A DNA stretch of 62,316 nucleotides, taken from the NCBI GenBank assembly GCA_043807135.1, contig JAZDGF010000005.1, positions 1 through 62,316 on the forward strand, written 5' to 3'. The DNA is from Candidatus Levyibacteriota bacterium. Its GTDB lineage: Bacteria > Patescibacteriota > Microgenomatia > Levybacterales > UBA12049. This document shows, piece after piece, positions 18,884-27,471 of the stretch. The position numbers and the translations under genes are program-made. Within the stretch, counting starts at the first letter, position 1. Each line of letters opens with the position of its first letter. The notes under the pieces were generated by a model. That model was not told the origin of the DNA, searched no databases, and saw only the letters and a program-made list of their open reading frames with translations.

Positions 18884-19444
18884 GTGGATAAAAAGTTTAT
18901 CATTATAATGATTGTTGTTGCAGGTCTTTTGGCAACAGCGCTAATTCTTCAAGATAAAACAAATAAAGAAACTCCTTTAACTGTTTTGGATAAGCTAAAT
19001 GCTACTCCGAGTCCAGCTGTTGGGTCAAAAGCACAATTTACTACTCCGGCGCCTACTCTAACTCCAATTCCAACAAAGCCTTTAGAAGCATCTCCTTCTT
19101 CAATGGAAACATTAGATGGAGGTCTTATGATTGGTAGTATTAGAAAAGGAACTGGAAAAGAAGTAAAATCAGGTGATACAATTGTTGTAAACTATACTGG
19201 TGCACTTGAGAATGGTACAAAATTTGACAGCTCATATGATCGGGGTCAGGCTATAGAAGTCCAAATTGGCGCAGGTAAAGTGATAAAAGGTTGGGATTTA
19301 GGGGTAATTGGTATGAAAGAAGGAGGAATAAGAAGGCTTGTTATTCCGAGCGATTTAGGTTATGGTTCAGCTGGAGCAGGAAACGGATTAATTCCTCCGA
19401 ATGCAACTCTTATTTTTGATGTAGAAGTACTTGAAATAAAGTGA
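18884..19444 (+). CDS. Membrane-anchored FKBP-type peptidyl-prolyl isomerase
   Basis: The C-terminal FKBP domain shows VNYTGALENGTKFDSSYDRG...GWDLGVIGMKEGG...IPPNATLIFDVEVL. The start is trimmed from 18863 to GTG 18884 because the promoter lies inside the longer ORF. Confidence 0.85.
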   Translation: MDKKFIIIMIVVAGLLATALILQDKTNKETPLTVLDKLNATPSPAVGSKAQFTTPAPTLTPIPTKPLEASPSSMETLDGGLMIGSIRKGTGKEVKSGDTIVVNYTGALENGTKFDSSYDRGQAIEVQIGAGKVIKGWDLGVIGMKEGGIRRLVIPSDLGYGSAGAGNGLIPPNATLIFDVEVLEIK

Positions 19445-19659
19445 AAATTTTAGTTAATGTTAAAACAGGAGCAAAAAAAGCACAAGTAATAATTTTAGAC
19501 GCAAAACATTTTGCAGTTCATATTACCAAGGCTCCTGAAAAGGGAAAAGCAAATGATGCAGTTATTAAAGCGCTTTCAAGGAATTTAAAGATTAGTCCGT
19601 CAAGGATAATTCTTTTAAGAGGAGAGAGATCAAAAAGTAAGCTTTTTGAAATTACATAA
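19441..19659 (+). CDS. DUF167 (YggU-like) protein
   Basis: 72 aa. APEKGKANDAVIKALS...SKSK is typical of DUF167. A GTGA overlap couples it to the FKBP gene. Confidence 0.7.
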   Translation: MKILVNVKTGAKKAQVIILDAKHFAVHITKAPEKGKANDAVIKALSRNLKISPSRIILLRGERSKSKLFEIT

Positions 19660-19660
19660 T

Positions 19661-20173
19661 ATGACAAACGGAGAAATATTATACGGTAACAAATCAAGAA
19701 GAAATATAATTCTATTTATTATTAGCATTATTGTTCTTACGTTAATTGTCCTAGGTGTTGCGTTTTTCTATAAAGATTCATTTATTAAAAGCAGTGATGA
19801 CAGTAAGACAAAAAGTGAGAGTAAAACAGTTAGTCCAACTTCAACTAATTCTCCAACCCCAATTCCAACTAAAACAGAAATAGATAAATCAAAATATTCA
19901 ATAAAGATTTTAAATGGAAGTGGTATAGCTGGGGAAGCAGGAAGAGCAAGGAAATATCTTGAAGATGAAGGATATGAAGTTTCCTCGGTTGGAAATGCAG
20001 ATGAATTTGACCATAAAGAATCTATATTGGAAACAGAAGAAAATATTGATGAGGACTTCTTAAGTGAGCTAAAAACCTTTATAGCCAAAAAATATGCACT
20101 TGAAGATACAGTTGAAGCTTCAGCAGATACTAAGAATATAGTTTTAATTATTGGACAAACAAAAGCAGAATAG
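19661..20173 (+). CDS. Membrane-anchored LytR_C-domain protein
   Basis: A TM helix and a Ser/Thr/Pro linker precede IKILNGSGIAGEAGRARKYLEDEGYEV, which is LytR_C-like. The ATG at 19661 is preferred over the overlapping TTG at 19646. Confidence 0.7.
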   Translation: MTNGEILYGNKSRRNIILFIISIIVLTLIVLGVAFFYKDSFIKSSDDSKTKSESKTVSPTSTNSPTPIPTKTEIDKSKYSIKILNGSGIAGEAGRARKYLEDEGYEVSSVGNADEFDHKESILETEENIDEDFLSELKTFIAKKYALEDTVEASADTKNIVLIIGQTKAE

Positions 20174-20203
20174 TTTTAAATATTAGTAATTTATAATATA
20201 TGC

Positions 20204-20590
20204 TTATCCGTGGTGTTCTAAAGCTTCAGTAGCGTCTGCTTCCTCTTTAGTTTTATGAACAGTTCCTTCTGGATGATGAGCAGGAGAATAGGTTGTAATA
20301 ATCTTCATAGCATTATTTCCAACAGTTACAAAATTATGTTCAACTCCTGCATTAACTAAAACTAAATCTCCTTTTCTAAATGGTTTTTCTTCTCCGTTTA
20401 GAATAACTTTTCCTTCTCCGTCAACAAGGTATAGAATTTGGTCATTATCAGTGTGTATTTCCATGCCAATATCGGTATTTGGTGGAATACTCATAATAAC
20501 TACTTGAGTGTGTTGACCGGTTTCTAAAACTTGTCTGAAGTATGTATTGTCCTTTGCTTTTTGTTCAATATTATCTACTGTACCCTTCAT
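20204..20590 (-). CDS. Cupin-domain protein
   Basis: 128 aa with a cupin_2-like core (HTDNDQILYLVDGEG...GDLVLVNAGVEHN). Confidence 0.75.
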   Translation of the reverse strand: MKGTVDNIEQKAKDNTYFRQVLETGQHTQVVIMSIPPNTDIGMEIHTDNDQILYLVDGEGKVILNGEEKPFRKGDLVLVNAGVEHNFVTVGNNAMKIITTYSPAHHPEGTVHKTKEEADATEALEHHG

Positions 20591-20784
20591 AATTTATACC
20601 TTAAATTTACTCTTTTTAGTAAAAAATGTCAAGATAAATTAACTTAGGATAGTCACACTTAATAGTTTTGGAAATTATCATCTAGAATTAGCTAAATCAT
20701 AACCTTGTAGTATCACACATAGCCTCAGGACAATTTTAGAATAGGAAATTTAGCCTCAAATTATTTCGTAATATAAACATTTGT

Positions 20785-21081
20785 GTGCCATTTCCATTAT
20801 TCTCTAAGTATCTTCTAATAAACAATTTCTGCTTTAAAGTCATTAATCATCCATATCATTTAGGAGATCTTCCAAATATTATTGTAGACAAAGAGAGGAA
20901 TGGATATCTTGAAGCAATTTCTACAAGATTTACTCTTTCAGATGGTCCGTTATGTATCTTTAATGATGGTGGTTCATCAATTATGATTCATGCACACAAA
21001 GATCCTTACCACGCAGGAGATCATGGTTCCGGAGTCTCCGGAGGGCCCAGAATGGGCTGCGGAGTAATTAAAAAGATCTAG
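20785..21081 (+). pseudogene. Cu/Zn superoxide dismutase-like C-terminal fragment (truncated or degenerate)
   Basis: HLGDLPNIIV...IMIHAHKD...GGPRMGCGVI matches the C-terminal half of SodC. That half includes the H.GDLP segment, the vvHa copper ligand and the terminal CGVI disulfide Cys. The N-terminal half with the HxH copper ligands is missing. A short HFHY remnant lies in another frame at 20789..20800. Confidence 0.5.
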
Positions 21082-21093
21082 TTCTTCCAGGGC

Positions 21094-21122
21094 TTGAGAT
21101 TAGCTTAGTATTTTTGTATAAT
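21094..21122 (+). promoter_or_regulatory. Sigma70-like promoter, leaderless geometry
   Basis: TTGAGA (21094..21099), 17 nt, TGTATAAT ending at 21122, 6 nt, then ATG at 21129. Confidence 0.55.
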
Positions 21123-21128
21123 CGTTGA

Positions 21129-21830
21129 ATGTCAAATTGCGAAAGAGCAGGTATTCCAAGACCTTTACTGGCCATTGATACAAATGGAAGAAACATAGGA
21201 AGACGTGTGCATCCAATGTTGGAAATTGTTGATAGAAGAATGGACCGTAGCAATAGAGAAATAGATGATACAAATCTTGATGAACTTCGTGAACCTTCTC
21301 TCGTAAACTTTAGTGATGAAATATTTGATACACTTTTTGTAAGAGGAAGTAATCTACTTTTCAAAAATAGGGATAAATTTAAAGGATTGTCTTCTAAGAC
21401 TAGATTTGAGTTAATGGAAAATTATGTTCGTGGTCTTTGTTTGGGTATGGGGATAATAAATACTCTTGCCCTTGAGTATTCAGTAAGATTTTCAGTGTTA
21501 CGAGAAGCAGTAGGATACAATGCTATTGCTGGTTATATGTCAGAATATACAGCTGAACCTTTGGAAAAAAAACAATCAAATTCTGATTTTAAAAGAAGAA
21601 AAAAAGATATTTTACCAGAAAAATTAATAGAAGCTTTTTTTAAGAAAACCTCCGATTATATTTCCGGATCTAATGATTTCTGGGTAGATACAATACTTAA
21701 GTACGATTTACCTGATTTGACAGAGTGCTTTGATCAAGCATCAGCTAGTGGCAGAGCAGCCTTAAAAGGTGTAATTGATATCTACTCAATTATTAAAAAG
21801 CAGCAAGAGATAGACGAAATAAAAAATTAG
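21129..21830 (+). CDS. Orphan hypothetical protein (233 aa, soluble)
   Basis: It is the long ORF directly behind a near-consensus promoter. No family is recognised. The opposing ORF 21068..21364 is Ser/Leu-rich and shadow-like. Confidence 0.6.
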   Translation: MSNCERAGIPRPLLAIDTNGRNIGRRVHPMLEIVDRRMDRSNREIDDTNLDELREPSLVNFSDEIFDTLFVRGSNLLFKNRDKFKGLSSKTRFELMENYVRGLCLGMGIINTLALEYSVRFSVLREAVGYNAIAGYMSEYTAEPLEKKQSNSDFKRRKKDILPEKLIEAFFKKTSDYISGSNDFWVDTILKYDLPDLTECFDQASASGRAALKGVIDIYSIIKKQQEIDEIKN

Positions 21831-21935
21831 AAGAATAGCTATAAATTGTTTGAAACTAAAGATTGTAAGGTATTTTACTAATCTGATATAATTAGACAGT
21901 AAGTCTTTTGAACCCCTCATAAGATTAATTTCAAA

Positions 21936-23123
21936 ATGAACAGGATTAGAAATAATAAAAAATTATTTATTGTTGCGCTTATTGCGGTTGTTAATGCATT
22001 GGGATACGGAATTATTATTCCTATTTTATATTCTTATTCCCAACGTTTTGGATTAACTGATTTTCAAAATGGAATGTTATTTTCCGTTTTTTCCATCTGT
22101 CAATTTATTGCAGCCCCTTTTATAGGAAGATTTTCTGATAAATACGGAAGAAGACCGCTTTTACTTATTTCTATTTTTGGAACAGCAGTATCCTTTTTTA
22201 TAATGGGCTTTGCACAAAATGTTTTTATGCTGTTTTTTGCAAGAGCTTTAGATGGAATAACAGCAGGGAATATTACGGTAGTTTCTGCCATCATTTCTGA
22301 TACTACATCTGAAAAAAACAGGGCGAAAGGCTTTGGAATAATTGGTGCATCTTTTGGTTTTGGTTTTGTTTTCGGACCGGCAATTTCTGCTTTAACAATC
22401 GGAATTTCTGATGCTCTTCCTTTTATGATTGCAGGAATAGTTTCTCTAGTTGCTTTTTTTATGACGTATATAATTTTACCTGAAACAAATAAGCATTTGG
22501 GAGAAATTAAAAAAAGTAAGATTTTTGATTTTACAAAGATGTTTAGAGCGCTGGGAGATAAAAATATCGGACCAACTCTTTTAATTTCATTTTTCTACTT
22601 TTTGTCCTTTTCAATGTATATTTATACCTTTCAGCCTTTTGCATTGAAATCTTTAAAAATGACCGTTAGCCAAATTTCAATTTTATTTACTGTGTTTGGA
22701 GCTATTGGCATTTTTGCCCAAGGGTTTTTTATTCCTGCTGTAACTAAATATTTAGGACTAAAAAAGACTTATTCTACAGCAATATTTTTGGTTTCTTTAG
22801 CATTTGTTGTTATGTATTTTGTAACAAGCATGGTACAATTTTTTATTATTTCAATAATCTTTAGTCTTTCTCACTCATTTGTTAGTCCTTTAACACAAAC
22901 AGTTTTATCAAAAGAAACAGATTCAAAATCACAAGGATCAATTTTTGGACTTAACTCTTCGTATATGAGTATGGGGCAGATGATTGGTCCTATCCTAGGA
23001 GGATCCCTTGCAACATTTGCTGTTCATTATCCGTTTTTAGCAGGTAGTTTTTTTGTAGCAATTAGTTTTATACTTTCCTTAAAAGTATTAAAACCGGGAG
23101 TTAGAAAAGAATCAGCGTTTTAG
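21936..23123 (+). CDS. MFS transporter
   Basis: It has about 12 predicted TM segments and the MFS loop motif GRFSDKYGRRP. Confidence 0.88.
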   Translation: MNRIRNNKKLFIVALIAVVNALGYGIIIPILYSYSQRFGLTDFQNGMLFSVFSICQFIAAPFIGRFSDKYGRRPLLLISIFGTAVSFFIMGFAQNVFMLFFARALDGITAGNITVVSAIISDTTSEKNRAKGFGIIGASFGFGFVFGPAISALTIGISDALPFMIAGIVSLVAFFMTYIILPETNKHLGEIKKSKIFDFTKMFRALGDKNIGPTLLISFFYFLSFSMYIYTFQPFALKSLKMTVSQISILFTVFGAIGIFAQGFFIPAVTKYLGLKKTYSTAIFLVSLAFVVMYFVTSMVQFFIISIIFSLSHSFVSPLTQTVLSKETDSKSQGSIFGLNSSYMSMGQMIGPILGGSLATFAVHYPFLAGSFFVAISFILSLKVLKPGVRKESAF

Positions 23124-23127
23124 TTTA

Positions 23128-24213
23128 ATGAATATTAGTAGCTTAAAAAGTCAATCAAGTAGAAAAATAATTATAATCTTTCTTTTCATAATAATTATTT
23201 GTCTAATAATACTGGGTTTCCTTTTATTAGGAAAAAAGAGTAATTCAGTTTTTGAAAAAATGATTTCTATGAATATCTTTAGCCAGGAAAATGAGCTATC
23301 TTCTGCCTCATTTCCATTTAAAGAATTAACAATTCCCTATTTAAGAAGCAAAACATATAGCAGCAAACTTAACAATCTTTCTTTTGTTTCTGATAATTCT
23401 TTGTACACAGAATACACTACCAGTTATTCTTCGGATGGATTAAAAATAAACGGATTGTTAACTATTCCAAAAGAAGACAAGCCTAAGAATGGTTTTCCTG
23501 CGATTGTATTCGTGCATGGATATATTTCGCCTATTCAGTATGAAACCCTTAAAAATTATGAATCCTATGTAGATTATTTTGCTCAAAAAGGTTACGTTGT
23601 TTTTAAGATTGATTTTAGAGGTCATGCTAATTCTGAGGGAGAGGCAAGTGGAGCATATTATTCCTCAGATTACATAATTGATATTTTAAATGCTTATTCT
23701 GCTTTGCAAAATTCAGATTTTGTAAATAAAGATAAGATTGGACTTTGGGGGCATAGTATGGCAGGGAATCTAGTTATGAGAAGCCTTGCAGCTAGCCCTA
23801 ATATTTCTGCAATAGTTATTTGGGCAGGAGCAGTATATACATACGAAGATTTTTCAGAATTTGGAATTCAGGATAATAGTTATCGTGCTCCGGGAACTTC
23901 AACTCAAAGACAGAAAAGAAGACAAGAACTTTTTGATACTTATGGACGGTTTAGTAAAGATAGTGAGTTTTGGAAACAAGTTGCTGCTACAAATTATTTA
24001 GGGGATATAAAAGGTGCGATACAAATTAATCATGCTACTGATGATGAGGTTGTAAAAATAGAGTATAGTAGAAACTTAAATAAAATACTAAATGAAACTA
24101 AAATTCCGCATGAGCTAAATGAATATCCAAGCGGAGGACATAATATCTCAGATGAAAGTTTTGATACTGCTATGCAAAACAGTGTTAATTTTTTTGATAA
24201 ATACTTAAAGTGA
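23128..24213 (+). CDS. Membrane-anchored alpha/beta hydrolase (S9 / dienelactone-hydrolase-like)
   Basis: An N-terminal TM helix is present. The nucleophile elbow is GHSMAG, and later Asp (TDDEVV) and His (GGHNI) residues complete the triad. Confidence 0.75.
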   Translation: MNISSLKSQSSRKIIIIFLFIIIICLIILGFLLLGKKSNSVFEKMISMNIFSQENELSSASFPFKELTIPYLRSKTYSSKLNNLSFVSDNSLYTEYTTSYSSDGLKINGLLTIPKEDKPKNGFPAIVFVHGYISPIQYETLKNYESYVDYFAQKGYVVFKIDFRGHANSEGEASGAYYSSDYIIDILNAYSALQNSDFVNKDKIGLWGHSMAGNLVMRSLAASPNISAIVIWAGAVYTYEDFSEFGIQDNSYRAPGTSTQRQKRRQELFDTYGRFSKDSEFWKQVAATNYLGDIKGAIQINHATDDEVVKIEYSRNLNKILNETKIPHELNEYPSGGHNISDESFDTAMQNSVNFFDKYLK

Positions 24214-24226
24214 TTAATTGATCAAG

Positions 24227-25174
24227 TTAGAAAAGGTCTTTTTTTAATTCTTCAAGGGAAAATTCTACTTCAAAGGTTTCGCGGTCTCCAACATTTACAT
24301 ATAGAGATAATGTGTCTTGCTTGTTTCTTTTGATGATTCCTCCGCATGAATAAATAACACGTTTTGATTCTGGATGTAATTCTTTGACTAATGGTATGCC
24401 TTCTTTATTGAGAAAATCATCTGGAGTAAGAATAGGTTCTGGCGCAACAATAACTTGAAATGTTTGATCTTTTCGTATTAACTTTGCTCGTCCAATACTG
24501 TAAATATATTTATCTTTCCCGTCAATTTTTTGTACGGAGATACCATGAATGATAAATAGGGCTTCATTTGGAGTTATCCATAAAGGTGACATTGTAGTTC
24601 CTATTTTCCAGTTAGCCCATGCAAGATCCTTAGGAAAGCTTATGTTTCCTAATTTTCTTGGAACTTGCGAATGAAGAGAAAAAACTAAAAGATCATGATA
24701 ATAGTCTTTTGTATTAGGGCGAAAAAGATAAGTCGTATTATTTAGAGCTGTGAGATTTTTTCCTGGACCAAAGCTTTCAATAATAAGAAAAGGTGGTAAT
24801 TCATCGACCCAGGATATCTGAGAATCAATTTTAACAATTGCCGGAAAGGGAATAGCATTGCCGTTTTTTTCTCGCAGCACTGCAGTAAGTCCAATGATTA
24901 AGTTTCCGTTGGGTAATTTTAAAACTCTGGGGTCTTCTAGATTAATGCCATCATAAACTGGTTTCCAAATTACCCTTTCATTTACAACAGCTCCATCCTT
25001 GTTTACTTCAAGAAGTTTTAATATGCTATTATCAGGTTGACCAATTTCTCCTGGAGTTGTAACCTCTCTGTCTATAAAACATAGAGAATCGGTTTCGGTT
25101 TTTTGCCATACTGCTACATTATAGTGGGCAACTTGATCATCTGGGAAAATATTTTTTATTTGATGAAATTTCAT
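24227..25174 (-). CDS. DUF377 / GH130-like beta-propeller glycosidase or phosphorylase
   Basis: 315 aa, beta-rich. The motif around LEDPRV resembles the PH1107-related glycosidase family. It overlaps the upstream GT gene by 1 nt. Confidence 0.5.
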   Translation of the reverse strand: MKFHQIKNIFPDDQVAHYNVAVWQKTETDSLCFIDREVTTPGEIGQPDNSILKLLEVNKDGAVVNERVIWKPVYDGINLEDPRVLKLPNGNLIIGLTAVLREKNGNAIPFPAIVKIDSQISWVDELPPFLIIESFGPGKNLTALNNTTYLFRPNTKDYYHDLLVFSLHSQVPRKLGNISFPKDLAWANWKIGTTMSPLWITPNEALFIIHGISVQKIDGKDKYIYSIGRAKLIRKDQTFQVIVAPEPILTPDDFLNKEGIPLVKELHPESKRVIYSCGGIIKRNKQDTLSLYVNVGDRETFEVEFSLEELKKDLF

Positions 25175-27366
25175 TAATGTAATTGAGATACGGTAAAGCT
25201 AGATATAAGATACGAAACAAGAGATTCCGCTCCTTGATTTAAATTAACACGATCGGGATGTAAACCGTCATAGCAACCACCGTTCTTATAATCATAAAGC
25301 GATTTATTAAGGCTATTATCTCCTAAAAACCAGTTAAAACATTTTTTTGTTAATTCTTTATATCGCTTTTTATTAGTATAGCGATATGCACAAGCAAGAG
25401 CAAGAATCATTGATGCCGGATCTTCTGGCTGTTGGTCATGACTGCTTCTTTTTTGCTTATTTTTATACCAATTTGAATGACCAATTGGCATATATGTTTT
25501 AGAAAAAGTTTTGCTAATTAAAAATTCAAGAGAAAGAAATCCTTGAGTTTTATATTTATCATTTTTCAAAGCATCACCTGCTATTATTAAGCTTTCTGAC
25601 AGTAAAGCGTTATTGTAATTTAGATCGCTTTCAAACCATCTCCATGATTTTACAGAATTATTAGATAACGCAGCAAGTAAAGAATCAGCATGATTTTTAA
25701 TATGTGATAATAGTTCACTTTCTTTTTCTGGGAGAATTGGTAAAGCAAGAGCAAAGGATTTAATTGCAAAAGCCATGGCACGTAAATGAGTTAATTTTGT
25801 TCCCCTTTTTAGTTTTAAAAGAAACATTCTTTTTGCTTGGTTTCTAATATTGTTAGATAGCTTTTGATTAGCCATAACTTCACTTAATGCCCATAATGCT
25901 CGTGTTTGTGAATCCTGTATATCTTCCTCATTATTTTGTGAGGTAGGAAGTTTATCCTTAAATCCAATATAATTTACAAAAGAACCATTTGTTAATTGAC
26001 ATTTTTTGATAAAAGAAAGATAAAGTTTTATTAACGTCTCTAATTCCTTCGTATACGTTTTCCTTATTAACCAGTTGCAGACAATAAGTGCCCTTGCATT
26101 GTCATCAAGAGTGTATCCGGAATTTTTATTAGGAACAGAAAGAGAAGCAAATTGGAATAGTCCAAAATCATCAGTCATCTTATGGAGATAATCCAGTCTT
26201 AGCTGAGGAACGACAAGCCTTGTAAGAAGTTTTGTGTATTCTTTAGCGACATTACTCCATAGCATGGGGCGAGTCATTTTATAGGCATTTAAATGCATTT
26301 GTTTTAGCCTTTTTTTATTACCAAGTAAGTCTAAGAGGGCTTTAGTAAAAGCAGCTGAATCTTTTATAGGAACGAGTCTTCCGATTTCAGGTGTAATAAT
26401 TTCTTTTGCCTGAGCAAATTCAGTACTGATAGCAGCAATTCCCGTACCCAAAGCATATGAAAGAGTGCCGCTAACAGTTTGATTTGGGTTAATAGATGTT
26501 GCCATATAGATATCAGTTGCTTTTAAAAATTCTAATAGCTCAGGAAGACTAAAGTACTGATCATAAAATTTTACATGCTTTTCTAAGCCTAATTTTTTGA
26601 TCAATCTTCCTAATTTGAGACGGTATTTCTCTCCTTCTTTTCTTCGAATAACTGGATGCGTTTCACCTAGGATAAGATATAATATTGTAGGATATTTCTT
26701 AATAACTTCAGGAAGAGCTCGCAGGACATATTCTATTCCCTTACCTCGATTTAGTAATCCAAAAGTATTTAACACAATACGATTTTCAAGTTCTAGCTTA
26801 GCTTTGTATTTTTTTGGATCAGAGAGGCTGCTTATTGGATGAATTCCATGAGGAATAATAAATACTTTTCCAATAGATTCTGGATAAAGAGTTTTGATAA
26901 TATCTTTTGATCTTTGTGTCAAAACAACAATAGTATTTGCTAGCATTATGATTTTTGCTGTCACAGATTTCATCTTAGGTTTAGGTTTAGGTAGTGTAGT
27001 ATGCAATGCGACAAGCATCGGTTTGTTGCATTTTTGCATAAAAGTTAAAAGCATTTCTCCTTCCAGGCCTCCAAAGATACCATATTCATGCTGAATTATG
27101 ACTCCTGAAATATGTTTGTCATCATTAATTGTTTTTGCAAGATTTAGATAATCAAGCTTGTTGTTTTGATCAATTTCCCATTTAACTTTTTGAGGGTATT
27201 TATATGTATCTAGAGGTGATAAATTTAACGCTGCAGCTTTACAATCCACAAAGGATCCTAAGGACTTTTGACTATATTTAAGTAAGTCTTGAGTAAATGT
27301 TGCTATACCACATTCACGTGGAGGATATGTGCCAAGAAAGACAATGGTTGGTTTAGCTTCAATCAT
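25174..27366 (-). CDS. GT4-family glycosyltransferase fused to a ~340-aa C-terminal helical domain
   Basis: The N-terminal ~390 aa have GT-B/GT4 features (IVFLGTYPPRECGIATF... and the E-x7-E region around GTGIAAISTEFAQAKE). The C-terminal half is alpha-helical and rich in W/Y/N, and I cannot assign it a family. Confidence 0.75.
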   Translation of the reverse strand: MIEAKPTIVFLGTYPPRECGIATFTQDLLKYSQKSLGSFVDCKAAALNLSPLDTYKYPQKVKWEIDQNNKLDYLNLAKTINDDKHISGVIIQHEYGIFGGLEGEMLLTFMQKCNKPMLVALHTTLPKPKPKMKSVTAKIIMLANTIVVLTQRSKDIIKTLYPESIGKVFIIPHGIHPISSLSDPKKYKAKLELENRIVLNTFGLLNRGKGIEYVLRALPEVIKKYPTILYLILGETHPVIRRKEGEKYRLKLGRLIKKLGLEKHVKFYDQYFSLPELLEFLKATDIYMATSINPNQTVSGTLSYALGTGIAAISTEFAQAKEIITPEIGRLVPIKDSAAFTKALLDLLGNKKRLKQMHLNAYKMTRPMLWSNVAKEYTKLLTRLVVPQLRLDYLHKMTDDFGLFQFASLSVPNKNSGYTLDDNARALIVCNWLIRKTYTKELETLIKLYLSFIKKCQLTNGSFVNYIGFKDKLPTSQNNEEDIQDSQTRALWALSEVMANQKLSNNIRNQAKRMFLLKLKRGTKLTHLRAMAFAIKSFALALPILPEKESELLSHIKNHADSLLAALSNNSVKSWRWFESDLNYNNALLSESLIIAGDALKNDKYKTQGFLSLEFLISKTFSKTYMPIGHSNWYKNKQKRSSHDQQPEDPASMILALACAYRYTNKKRYKELTKKCFNWFLGDNSLNKSLYDYKNGGCYDGLHPDRVNLNQGAESLVSYLISSFTVSQLH

Positions 27367-27456
27367 AAGTATATATTATACACTTTTTTATTGCTTTTAG
27401 CTTCGGTAGTATATTTATCTTAAAGCCCTTGCGGTATTTAATAAAATTATTAACAA

Positions 27457-27465
27457 TGATATAAT
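27457..27465 (+). promoter_or_regulatory. Extended -10 promoter of ychF, leaderless geometry
   Basis: TGATATAAT at 27457..27465, then 6 nt, then ATG at 27472. Confidence 0.5.
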
Positions 27466-27471
27466 CAACCG

